A DNA stretch of 64,000 nucleotides from contig CAZIDJ010000002.1 of assembly GCA_964537815.1 (NCBI GenBank), positions 996 through 64,995 on the forward strand, given 5' to 3'. The position numbers and the translations under genes were made by a program. Source of the stretch: an uncultured Candidatus Saccharibacteria bacterium (GTDB lineage: Bacteria > Patescibacteriota > Saccharimonadia > Saccharimonadales > Saccharimonadaceae). Positions 9,650 to 18,235 of the stretch are shown piece after piece. The notes beneath the pieces were generated by a model. The model had not been told where the DNA came from. It did no database searches and saw only the letters and a program-made list of their open reading frames with translations. Numbering within the stretch: the stretch's first letter is position 1; each line of letters opens with the position of its first letter.

Positions 9650-10732
9650 ATGCATCCACTTGAAAAGAGAATCGGTACTTTAGTGAATGAGATTGCGGCA
9701 GCGATGGAGCGGCTTTTGATCGAGGCAAAAACTAATGAGCTGAGTGTGCTGGATGCGCAGTTAGCTGATCCTGAAATCTGGAATAATTCGGCACGTGCTC
9801 AAGAGGTAAGCAAAACAGCGGCAAGTTTGCGTGCGCAAATCGAACCGTGGACTCTGCTAAAAAATCAGGCCGATGATATTGCCGAACTTTTAGCGATGGG
9901 TGATGAGTCGATGCAAAAAGAATTTGAACAACAAATTGACACACTCGAAACCGAATTTGCCGAACGAAAAAAGGAGCTGCTATATAACGGCGAGTTTGAT
10001 GATCACAATGCGATTTTGCGCATTACTGCCGGTGTCGGCGGTACCGATGCGCAAGACTGGGCTGAAATGTTAGAGCGCATGTACCTGCGCTGGGCTGAAA
10101 AATCTGGGATGAAAACACAAAATGTTGAACGGAGTGCAGGTGAAGAGGCAGGTATAAAAACGAGTGTGATTGAAGTCGAGGGTGTGTATGCGTATGGCAA
10201 ATTGAAAAGCGAGCATGGCGTGCACCGTTTAGTACGACTGAGCCCATTTAACAGCGATAATCTGCGCCAAACTAGCTTTGCGCTAGTGGAGGTGCTGCCG
10301 CAAATAGATGCACCAGATGAAGTGCAGATTGATGATAAAGATCTAAAGATTGATGTATATCGTGCCGGCGGTCATGGCGGACAAAGTGTTAACACAACAG
10401 ATAGTGCCGTGCGTGTGACGCATATTCCAACGAACATTGTAGTGGCGATTCAAAACGAACGTAGCCAGCTACAGAATAAAGAAACGGCCATGAAAATCTT
10501 GCGCTCGAAACTTGCACAGCTAAAACTTGAGCAACATGCCGAAAAGCTGAGTGACCTACAGGCCGGTGAAAGCGCCAACTGGGGATCGCAAATTCGCAAT
10601 TACGTGCTGCATCCGTACACTTTGGTAAAAGACACTCGTACCAAGCACGAAGATCGCGATAGTAGTGGAGTACTAGACGGTAAGCTGGATGAATTTATCA
10701 TAAGCTATCTTGAGTCGGCCGGAGTCTCGTAG
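9650..10732 (+). CDS. prfB: peptide chain release factor 2, encoded in a single frame
   Basis: SPF tripeptide (RLSPFNS), GGQ (AGGHGGQSVN), and an uninterrupted N-terminal region. Confidence 0.95.
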   Translation: MHPLEKRIGTLVNEIAAAMERLLIEAKTNELSVLDAQLADPEIWNNSARAQEVSKTAASLRAQIEPWTLLKNQADDIAELLAMGDESMQKEFEQQIDTLETEFAERKKELLYNGEFDDHNAILRITAGVGGTDAQDWAEMLERMYLRWAEKSGMKTQNVERSAGEEAGIKTSVIEVEGVYAYGKLKSEHGVHRLVRLSPFNSDNLRQTSFALVEVLPQIDAPDEVQIDDKDLKIDVYRAGGHGGQSVNTTDSAVRVTHIPTNIVVAIQNERSQLQNKETAMKILRSKLAQLKLEQHAEKLSDLQAGESANWGSQIRNYVLHPYTLVKDTRTKHEDRDSSGVLDGKLDEFIISYLESAGVS

Positions 10733-10785
10733 TTCCGCTGTCATAAATCTGATATACTACAACCAATATAATCGGAGGAAATGGA

Positions 10786-11385
10786 ATGAAACGAAGTATA
10801 GTGTATGTTGTCGCTGGATTGGCAGCGCTACTAGTAATTTTTGCGGTGGCTATTGGCGGTACCTACAACAGTATGGTGGCAGGCCGTGAAAATGTGCGCA
10901 CATCGCTGGCGAAGGTGCAGAGCCAATATCAACGTAGGGCAGACCTAGTGCCAAACCTCGTGGCTACTGTAAAGGGCGCCGCAAATTTTGAACAAAGCAC
11001 GCTTACTAAGGTTGTCGAGGCTCGTGCCAAGGCAACGAGCATGAACATTGACCCGAGCAAAGCAACGCCAGAGCAACTGCAGCAATACCAGGCAGCACAG
11101 GGCGAACTAAGCCAGGCGTTGGGGCGACTTTTGGCGATATCTGAAAACTACCCAGAGCTAAAAGCGACTGAAGCGTTTCGCGACCTGCAAGTGCAGCTTG
11201 AGGGCACCGAGAACCGTATTTCGGTTGCACGTGACGACTTTAATACTACAACAAAAAGCTTCAATACGCAGGTGCAGCGATTTCCGGCAAATGTAGTAGC
11301 TGGTATGTTTGGTTTCCAAACCTTCCCATACTTCGAAGCCGACAAGGGTGCTGCGACTGCACCAAAAGTAGATTTCGGTAACTAG
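10786..11385 (+). CDS. lemA: LemA family membrane protein
   Basis: N-terminal TM helix and YNSMV...V...QYQRRADLVPNLV LemA signature; SD GGAGG. Confidence 0.9.
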   Translation: MKRSIVYVVAGLAALLVIFAVAIGGTYNSMVAGRENVRTSLAKVQSQYQRRADLVPNLVATVKGAANFEQSTLTKVVEARAKATSMNIDPSKATPEQLQQYQAAQGELSQALGRLLAISENYPELKATEAFRDLQVQLEGTENRISVARDDFNTTTKSFNTQVQRFPANVVAGMFGFQTFPYFEADKGAATAPKVDFGN

Positions 11386-11396
11386 ACTGGGCCACT

Positions 11397-12293
11397 ATGC
11401 CATATTTTCGCGCGGTTATTGGCGGGATTTTTGCAGCACTTTTGCTGAGTGCTGGTACATTCGCGCTTGATGTACCGCCCAAGCCACCCCTGGAGCGGCC
11501 AATTGTTGACACCACAAGTACGCTAACTTCAGGGCAGATTGATGCACTCGCTACGCTTATTAATCAAACGCGACAAGAAAAGGCGTATCAAATTGGAATA
11601 CTGATGGTTCCAGCACTTGAGAACCGCGCGTTAGAGGAATATTCACTCGACGTAGCGCGCGCTTGGGGCATTGGCGACACCACCAACAACGGTGTGCTTT
11701 TGCTCGTGGCAAAAAACGACCGATTGATGCGCATCGAAGTAGGCAGTGGGCTTGAAGGCGATTTGACTGATGCTGAAAGCGGGCGAATTATACGCAATGT
11801 CATAGCGCCGCAATTTCGTAGTGGCAACTACCACGAAGGAATTCGCCAAGGTGTTTTAAGTATTAAGGCCCAGGTTGAAAAAACTGCATCGGCCGATGCG
11901 AGTGCTAAGCAAACACTTACCCAGAGTGCGTTTGAGGCATTTTTCCCGCTGGTGTTTATAGGAACTATGGTTATTTCGTGGTTTGGTTCACTATTGGCCC
12001 GCAGCCGTAGCTGGTGGGCTGGGGGATTAATTGGTGGCGGTATAGGTGGCATAGTGGGACTTCTAGCACATTGGTCGCTAATCGGAGTGTTGGCAGTGCC
12101 CCTGCTTGCTATTCTTGGTTTGCTTTTCGACTATTTTGTGTCTAAGAACTTCTACTACAAAACGGCAAATGGTGATACGCCATCGTGGTGGGCTGGCGGT
12201 AGCTGGATTGATGGCAGCGGCGGTGGATTTAGTGGTGGTGGAAGCTTTGGCGGCGGCGGCTTTTCTGGCGGCGGCTCCAGCGGCAGCTGGTAA
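11397..12293 (+). CDS. TPM-domain protein (YgcG-like) with a Gly-rich C-terminal tail
   Basis: Signal/TM segment, TPM core (YQIGILMVPAL...GVLLLVAKNDRLMRIEVG), C-terminal TM helices and GGGFSGGG repeats; the usual lemA neighbour. Confidence 0.8.
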   Translation: MPYFRAVIGGIFAALLLSAGTFALDVPPKPPLERPIVDTTSTLTSGQIDALATLINQTRQEKAYQIGILMVPALENRALEEYSLDVARAWGIGDTTNNGVLLLVAKNDRLMRIEVGSGLEGDLTDAESGRIIRNVIAPQFRSGNYHEGIRQGVLSIKAQVEKTASADASAKQTLTQSAFEAFFPLVFIGTMVISWFGSLLARSRSWWAGGLIGGGIGGIVGLLAHWSLIGVLAVPLLAILGLLFDYFVSKNFYYKTANGDTPSWWAGGSWIDGSGGGFSGGGSFGGGGFSGGGSSGSW

Positions 12294-12328
12294 GCGTATC
12301 ATTTAGGTGTGGTATAATAACGGTAAGC

Positions 12329-13087
12329 ATGATTCTGTTAGACAGGGTAACCAAAACATATGGCAAAACCGCTAAACCGGCACTGAACCGGATTAGCTTG
12401 CACGTTGAACCGAAGGAATTTGTCATTTTGGTTGGGACCAGCGGGGCTGGAAAGAGCACACTATTGAAATTACTCACCCGTGAAGAAAAGCCGACCACCG
12501 GCAAAATTGTGGTAGGCGGGATTGATTACGACACACTCAAAGATCGCCACATTCCGCTTTTGCGCCGCAAAATTGGGGTAGTATTCCAAGATTTCAAACT
12601 GCTACCGCAGCGCACGGTGTTTGAAAACATCGCCTTTGCGCTAGAAATTGCCGGCATGACGAACAAAGAGATTAAAAATACCGTACCAAAAGTGATCGAA
12701 CTTGTTGGCTTAACTGGTAAAGAAAAATCATTCCCGCACCAACTAAGTGGTGGTGAGCGTCAGCGTGTGGCAATCGCTCGTGCCGTGGTACGTCAGCCAA
12801 AAATCCTTATTGCCGATGAGCCAACCGGAAACCTCGACCCTAAGCACAGCTGGGAAATTGTGAAATTACTGGAAAAGATTAATCGTTACGGCACCACTGT
12901 AATCCTCACCACTCACAACGTCGAGATTGTTAACAAACTGAAGCGTCGCGTTGTCACCATCGAAGGCGGCCGTATTACCAGCGACCAAGCACAGGGAAGT
13001 TACCGACAGTTTGCCAGGCAAGAGGCAATAGAAGCCGAGGCTGAGGCAGCTAAACAACCAGCTCGTCGCAGGAGCTTTGGCGTATGA
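12329..13087 (+). CDS. ftsE: cell division ABC ATPase FtsE
   Basis: Walker A GTSGAGKST, ABC signature LSGGERQR, Walker B ILIADEPTGNLD. Confidence 0.9.
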   Translation: MILLDRVTKTYGKTAKPALNRISLHVEPKEFVILVGTSGAGKSTLLKLLTREEKPTTGKIVVGGIDYDTLKDRHIPLLRRKIGVVFQDFKLLPQRTVFENIAFALEIAGMTNKEIKNTVPKVIELVGLTGKEKSFPHQLSGGERQRVAIARAVVRQPKILIADEPTGNLDPKHSWEIVKLLEKINRYGTTVILTTHNVEIVNKLKRRVVTIEGGRITSDQAQGSYRQFARQEAIEAEAEAAKQPARRRSFGV

Positions 13088-14061
13088 GCAAAAAAATGGA
13101 TGCCAAGCAGTTTGCACTACAAAAACGCAAACGCCGCCAGTGGATTACCTTTATGCGCATGGTACGCTACGGCGTCAACAACTTTAGCCGAAACGCGTGG
13201 CTCACTACTGCTGCCACTGCTGTTATGACAATCACGTTGCTAATTATTTTTATGACCATGGCAGCCAGGTTTACGCTGCAATCTACCGTCGAGGCAATCC
13301 GTAGCAGGGTAGATATGTCGATTTACGTGCGTAATAGTACAAAAGACGAGGACATAAAAAAGATAGGTGACAGTCTTCAGGCGCTCTCAACAGTAAAAAG
13401 TATCAAGTACGTTTCGCCCGATGAAGCTCGCGCAGATTTTGTGAATAAACACAGCAACGACAGCGGTACATTGAGTGCCATCAAAGAAGCAACTAATAAA
13501 TTTCCTGGTACCTTTCGGGTTAATTTAGTAGACATTAACGATACCAAACAGCTTGATGAATTTGTTAAGAATGATGCGCTGGTGAAGCGTGCGATCGATC
13601 CACAATACCCCCCGTCATTTTCAGGTGCTCGGCGGTCGGCTATACAAAATATTGCTAGTTGGGTAAGTTTTGCCGATAAGGCCGGTCTGGCTGCGAGCGC
13701 TCTGTTTATCGCCATATCTTCACTCATTGTCTTTAACACTATTCGTATGGCAATTTTTAACCGCAAGGAAGAAATTCAGATGATGAAGCTGATTGGCGCC
13801 GACAGGGGATTCATTCGCGGACCATTTATCGTTGAGGCAGTTGTCTATGGAGTCATCGCAGCGCTGCTTGCCACGGCTATCGGCTTGTTTGCTCTCTACG
13901 CAGCACGTGATACGCTTGTTTCGTACCAAATTGCGTTTGACCCAACTATCAATACCGTCACTACCTACAGCGCGTTCGTGCTACTTGCCATGATAGTTGT
14001 CGGATCACTTATTGGGGTATTCTCATCGCTCATTGCGACGCGTAAATACCTCAAGATTTAA
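13084..14061 (+). CDS. ftsX: cell division permease-like protein FtsX
   Basis: ATGA overlap with ftsE; TM1, a large extracytoplasmic loop, then three C-terminal TM helices (FtsX topology). Confidence 0.85.
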   Translation: MSKKMDAKQFALQKRKRRQWITFMRMVRYGVNNFSRNAWLTTAATAVMTITLLIIFMTMAARFTLQSTVEAIRSRVDMSIYVRNSTKDEDIKKIGDSLQALSTVKSIKYVSPDEARADFVNKHSNDSGTLSAIKEATNKFPGTFRVNLVDINDTKQLDEFVKNDALVKRAIDPQYPPSFSGARRSAIQNIASWVSFADKAGLAASALFIAISSLIVFNTIRMAIFNRKEEIQMMKLIGADRGFIRGPFIVEAVVYGVIAALLATAIGLFALYAARDTLVSYQIAFDPTINTVTTYSAFVLLAMIVVGSLIGVFSSLIATRKYLKI

Positions 14062-14102
14062 CAGAACACACCTAAAAGTGGCAAAATGGCGTGCAGCAAG
14101 TC

Positions 14103-14132
14103 TTGACGTAGGTGTAGTGCTTATGTTACAAT
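14103..14132 (+). promoter_or_regulatory. sigma70-like promoter of the CHAP hydrolase gene
   Basis: TTGACG 14103-14108, 18-nt spacer, TACAAT 14127-14132, then ATG 8 nt downstream. Confidence 0.55.
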
Positions 14133-14140
14133 GATATAGT

Positions 14141-15307
14141 ATGAAGATGCGACAGTTCACCTCAGCCGCCTCTGCCAAAAACAAAAAGATCATACTCACA
14201 ATCATGGTCGCCGTTACGGCAGTTCTCGCACCTCTTTCGCAGGCGCTCATTGTACGTGCCGATGACTTTGATGAAAAGATTGCTGCAGTGCAGCGACAAA
14301 TCGATGCCTATAGTGCAGAAGCCAGCAAACTAAACGCCGAAAAACAGACCTATCAAGGCCAGCTAGCAGTGCTATCGAATCAAAAAGCCCAAATACAAGC
14401 TCAGCTTGACCTTATCGTCACAAAGTTACAAAAACTTGAGTTTGACATTGCTGAAAAGAACAAACAAATTGAGCAGAACAAAGAAGCACTTGGTTCTACG
14501 ATGGCTGACATTTATGTTGATGATGGTATTTCGCCACTTGAAATGCTCGCGAGTAGCGACAATATCGCGGAGTATGTTGATAAGCAAACTAACCAAACGC
14601 AGGTTCAAAGTACACTTGAAACCACTGTAAAAACCATTCGTGCGCTAAAGGTAGAGCTTGAAAAGCAAAAAACTGAAGTCGAGCGCAACAAGAAAGATCA
14701 AGAAGGCGTACGTGATACACTTGCAGCCAAAGAAGCAGAACAGGCAAAGCTTATCGCTGATGTAGCTGGTCGCGAAGATCAGTACAACCAACTTTCTAGT
14801 CAAGCACAGGCACAGAAAAGCCAGCTCGAGCAACAACAGCAAGCTGCAATCCAGGCCGCCTTACAGCGTGGTGGCGGTGGGGGCGGCAGTGCGGTGGCAG
14901 GTAGCGCATCACGCGGTGGTTACCCTAACAATCTTGCAAACTCACCACTAGATTCATTGGTAGATCCATGGGGCATGTACAACCGCGAATGTGTTAGCTA
15001 CACCGCCTGGAAAGTCTACCAGAAAAATGGTTACATGCCATACTGGGGTGGCCGCGGAAATGCCAACCAATGGCCAGGTAACGCTCGTGCAGCCGGTATT
15101 CCAACCAGTAGCGTTCCTCGTGCACAATCTGTTGGTGTAATTAGCTCTGGCTACTACGGTCACGTCGTGTGGGTTGAGAGTGTTAACGGCAATGGTACAG
15201 TAAATATAAGCCAGTACAATGAATGGCTACCAGGCAGTGGTTGGGGTCAGTACTCTGAACGCTACAATGTCTACCCAAGTACGTACGACACGTACATTTA
15301 CTTCTAA
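14141..15307 (+). CDS. secreted coiled-coil + CHAP-domain peptidoglycan hydrolase (PcsB-like architecture)
   Basis: Signal peptide, about 230 aa of heptad-rich Q/E/K coiled coil, Gly linker, and a CHAP domain with Cys (NRECVSYTAW) and His (GHVVWVESV). Confidence 0.8.
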   Translation: MKMRQFTSAASAKNKKIILTIMVAVTAVLAPLSQALIVRADDFDEKIAAVQRQIDAYSAEASKLNAEKQTYQGQLAVLSNQKAQIQAQLDLIVTKLQKLEFDIAEKNKQIEQNKEALGSTMADIYVDDGISPLEMLASSDNIAEYVDKQTNQTQVQSTLETTVKTIRALKVELEKQKTEVERNKKDQEGVRDTLAAKEAEQAKLIADVAGREDQYNQLSSQAQAQKSQLEQQQQAAIQAALQRGGGGGGSAVAGSASRGGYPNNLANSPLDSLVDPWGMYNRECVSYTAWKVYQKNGYMPYWGGRGNANQWPGNARAAGIPTSSVPRAQSVGVISSGYYGHVVWVESVNGNGTVNISQYNEWLPGSGWGQYSERYNVYPSTYDTYIYF

Positions 15308-15368
15308 ACCATAGGCGTGTTTGCTAAAATCGGCTACAATAGAGTCAGTAAGTAAATAGGGAGTTATT

Positions 15369-16559
15369 TTGGCTGCAGAACGAAAACAAACAGCTTCGCT
15401 GTCGTATAAGATTGTGTTTTTAGTAAGTGTTTTGGTATTTTCGCTTGGGTTTGTGGTAGGCACGCGTCAGCGACAAGTGCTTGCGGTGTTAGCGCCACTC
15501 GTGGGCATGAAAGTCGAAGCAAGCACGCTTGATCTGTCGAGTGTGCAAACCACCTATCAAATACTGAAAGAGAAGTACGATGGCAAATTAGATGACCGCA
15601 AGCTTATTTATGGCGCCAACAGAGGTCTTGCAGATGCAACGGGCGACAAATATACCGTATATATGGACCCTACTGAGGCAAAAGAGTTTAATAATAGCCT
15701 CAGTGGTACCATTGGTGGTGGTGTGGGCGCTGAAATAGGTGTACGGAGCGACCGGCCAACTATTACGCGCGTATTGCCCGAACACCCAGCGGCAAATGCT
15801 GGCGTGTTGGTGGGCGATGTTATCGCGGCTGTTAACGATCAGTCGACTGAGGGCTGGGACTCAGATAAAACCGCTCGAGCCATTCGCGGTGAAATCGGTA
15901 CGACGGTAAAACTAAAAATTGTCCGTGGTCAAGAAATCAAGGAATTTGCGATTACACGTGAGGAAGTAAAAGACCCGAGTGTACGCAGTGAAGTGAAAAA
16001 TGGGGTGGGCATACTGACGGTAAGCCGGTTCGACGAGCAAACTGGATCACTTGCACGCAAAGCCGCACAAGAATTCGTGGGTCAAAACGTGCGCGGTGTA
16101 GTGCTTGACCTCCGTGGTGACGGCGGCGGCTATCTCGATGCGGCGCAAGCGCTTGCCAGCCTGTGGCTCGATAACAAGCTAGTGACTGAACAGAAACGCG
16201 ACGGTGTGACGATTGCACGAGTCATGTCGCAGGGCGATGCACTACTTGCCAACATCAAAACCGTCGTGCTGATAAATGGTGGCACAGCCAGTGCGAGCGA
16301 AATTGTAGCTGGCGCCCTGCACGACCACGGCAAGGCAACCCTACTAGGTGAGAAAAGTTTTGGCAAGGGAAGCGTTCAGGAGCCACTCGCACTCGACGAT
16401 GGTTCACTCCTGAAAATTACTGTCTCGCGCTGGTACACTCCTAAAGGAAACAACGTAAGCGACAAAGGTATAACGCCTGATACAGAGGTAAAGCGCAGTA
16501 ACGATGATGCCAATGCTGGACGTGACCCGCAGATGGATGCAGCCACCACACGACTGTAA
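15369..16559 (+). CDS. ctpA: S41 family C-terminal processing peptidase with a PDZ domain
   Basis: PDZ (GVLVGDVIAAVND), S41 core (LINGGTASASEIVAGAL...GEKSFGKGSVQ); TTG start with AGGGAG SD. Confidence 0.85.
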   Translation: MAAERKQTASLSYKIVFLVSVLVFSLGFVVGTRQRQVLAVLAPLVGMKVEASTLDLSSVQTTYQILKEKYDGKLDDRKLIYGANRGLADATGDKYTVYMDPTEAKEFNNSLSGTIGGGVGAEIGVRSDRPTITRVLPEHPAANAGVLVGDVIAAVNDQSTEGWDSDKTARAIRGEIGTTVKLKIVRGQEIKEFAITREEVKDPSVRSEVKNGVGILTVSRFDEQTGSLARKAAQEFVGQNVRGVVLDLRGDGGGYLDAAQALASLWLDNKLVTEQKRDGVTIARVMSQGDALLANIKTVVLINGGTASASEIVAGALHDHGKATLLGEKSFGKGSVQEPLALDDGSLLKITVSRWYTPKGNNVSDKGITPDTEVKRSNDDANAGRDPQMDAATTRL

Positions 16560-16612
16560 CTGAGTGCTATAGAGGTTGTGCTTTTTATGAAAGAGCGGTA
16601 GTATAGAACCAT

Positions 16613-17008
16613 ATGGACGTAAAAAAACGAATTTTGCTAGTAGAAGATGACGAAGCGCTTGCTGGTGTGTATCAGGCTCGTCTAGAGTTAGAGGGCTTTG
16701 ATGTACGGCAAGTGAACAACGGTGAGGATGCGCTTTCAGCTGCGCTCGACTTCAAACCCGATCTTATTTTGCTCGATGCTATGATGCCAAAAATCAGCGG
16801 TTTTGATGTATTGGATATCTTGCGTAATACTCCTGAAACTACGAACATCCGCGTTATTATGCTAACTGCACTGAGCCAGCCAAAGGACAAAGAGCGCGCC
16901 CAAAGCCTGGGTGTCGATGAATACTTGGTTAAATCACAAGTTGTCATTGGCGATGTGGTAGAGCGCGTGAAGCACCACCTTGGACTCAACACCGATACAC
17001 CTGCCTAG
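16613..17008 (+). CDS. single-domain response regulator (receiver only)
   Basis: LLVEDDE acidic pocket, LILLDAMMP phospho-Asp, MLTAL, and YLVKS Lys. Confidence 0.85.
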   Translation: MDVKKRILLVEDDEALAGVYQARLELEGFDVRQVNNGEDALSAALDFKPDLILLDAMMPKISGFDVLDILRNTPETTNIRVIMLTALSQPKDKERAQSLGVDEYLVKSQVVIGDVVERVKHHLGLNTDTPA

Positions 17009-17029
17009 CAGGCACAAAGCATAAGAATA

Positions 17030-17058
17030 TTGACATACTAGCACATATGTGCTATTAT
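17030..17058 (+). promoter_or_regulatory. sigma70-like promoter with an embedded perfect 16-bp palindrome (putative operator) upstream of fic
   Basis: TTGACA 17030-17035, 17-nt spacer, TATTAT 17053-17058; palindrome TAGCACATATGTGCTA at 17039-17054. Confidence 0.55.
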
Positions 17059-17084
17059 TATTCTATAAATCTTTAAAATAAAAA

Positions 17085-17783
17085 ATGACACACGAATCAA
17101 CGACGCAAAACGGTAATACAATACGTCATCCTGAAGAAAAGTTTAACGCCGGGAGCTTTCGCAAGTGTCTAGAACGAAATGGTTTAGTCGGTGAGACGTC
17201 ACTCGACCGCTTGAATAGTTTTAGAGCCATGGATATTGAGGACATTGCTGGCCTTTTAGACGAAGTTAATATGGGCATGGTTGGTTCAGAAGAGACAATG
17301 CTTTCGCCGACTACAATGAAACGACACAGGAACGGAGAAGAGACGGGAAGTTTCGTTCCAGTAGAGTACAGATATAATTTGTTCGAAGAAATTATGACCA
17401 AGTTGAAAAATTCACCTGATAGCATGAATCCCTCTAGAGTCGGAGATGCGTTAGCGTTAGCTATCGGAATACTTCACCCCTTCAAGGATGCAAATGGACG
17501 AACAGCCCGTGTAATGGGCTTTGCTTTTTCGGAGTACTATAGTGAATCTTCGCCAGATTATGACAAAGATTTTAATTATCTAGCACAATCAAGGGATGAG
17601 CTAAGGGAAGCTGGCATAACAACCTTCCCGGTGAGTTATGTACCATCTATGTCGCAACAGTTAGATTACAATGATCCGCAATCAGTAATACGCTACTTTG
17701 ATAAATTGCTTGATCCGAGCTATGATAATGAGTCTTTATACCAGGGTATTATGAACCAATCGCCAGCTTTTATGTCTAAATAA
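17085..17783 (+). CDS. Fic family protein
   Basis: Fic motif HPFKDANGRTAR, matching HxFx(D/E)(G/A)NGRxxR; the gene is visibly AT-richer than its neighbours. Confidence 0.8.
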   Translation: MTHESTTQNGNTIRHPEEKFNAGSFRKCLERNGLVGETSLDRLNSFRAMDIEDIAGLLDEVNMGMVGSEETMLSPTTMKRHRNGEETGSFVPVEYRYNLFEEIMTKLKNSPDSMNPSRVGDALALAIGILHPFKDANGRTARVMGFAFSEYYSESSPDYDKDFNYLAQSRDELREAGITTFPVSYVPSMSQQLDYNDPQSVIRYFDKLLDPSYDNESLYQGIMNQSPAFMSK

Positions 17784-17842
17784 ACCGCTACTGTAGACTA
17801 TATGGAGCTTAGGCTTGAGAAGTATGCATGCAGATTACACTA

Positions 17843-17878
17843 TAGTAAACTGGTCCGACATGTCGGACCAGTTTACTA
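17843..17878. terminator. perfect 36-nt palindrome; a bidirectional terminator between convergent fic and rpmA
   Basis: TAGTAAACTGGTCCGACA / TGTCGGACCAGTTTACTA read directly from the sequence. Confidence 0.7.
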
Positions 17879-17891
17879 AGAAACGTACAGT

Positions 17892-18164
17892 TTATTGTAC
17901 TGCAACTTGGGTACGAGGTGCAGTTTTGCCGGTAAAGCGGCGAACTTTTACTTTGCTAAATGCAACGACGCCGTCTTTTGCAGCGTGAATAGTAAAGTTT
18001 TTGCTCATAAATGTACCAGGGCCAGCAATTTTAGTGCTGCCTGTTTGGCGAACAAGTACTTCGCCCTCGCGGACTTTTTGACCACCGTAGCGCTTGACAC
18101 CCAAGCGGGCACCGGCGTTGTTGTGGATATTTTTGCTCGAGCCACCAGCTTTAACATGTGACAT
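17892..18164 (-). CDS. rpmA: 50S ribosomal protein L27
   Basis: MSHVKAGGSSKN...RLGVKRYGGQ...G.ILVRQ pattern; SD AAGGAG. Confidence 0.95.
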   Translation of the reverse strand: MSHVKAGGSSKNIHNNAGARLGVKRYGGQKVREGEVLVRQTGSTKIAGPGTFMSKNFTIHAAKDGVVAFSKVKVRRFTGKTAPRTQVAVQ

Positions 18165-18235
18165 AGGGCTATCTCCTTACGTTTATATAAACAATCTGTA
18201 TCATTGTACAGAAAAACCGGTACTTTTGCAAGAGG

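Noticed and set aside
9650-9760. Programmed +1 frameshift site in prfB
   Set aside because: The N-terminal region is continuous in one frame, with no internal in-frame TGA or CTT TGA context.
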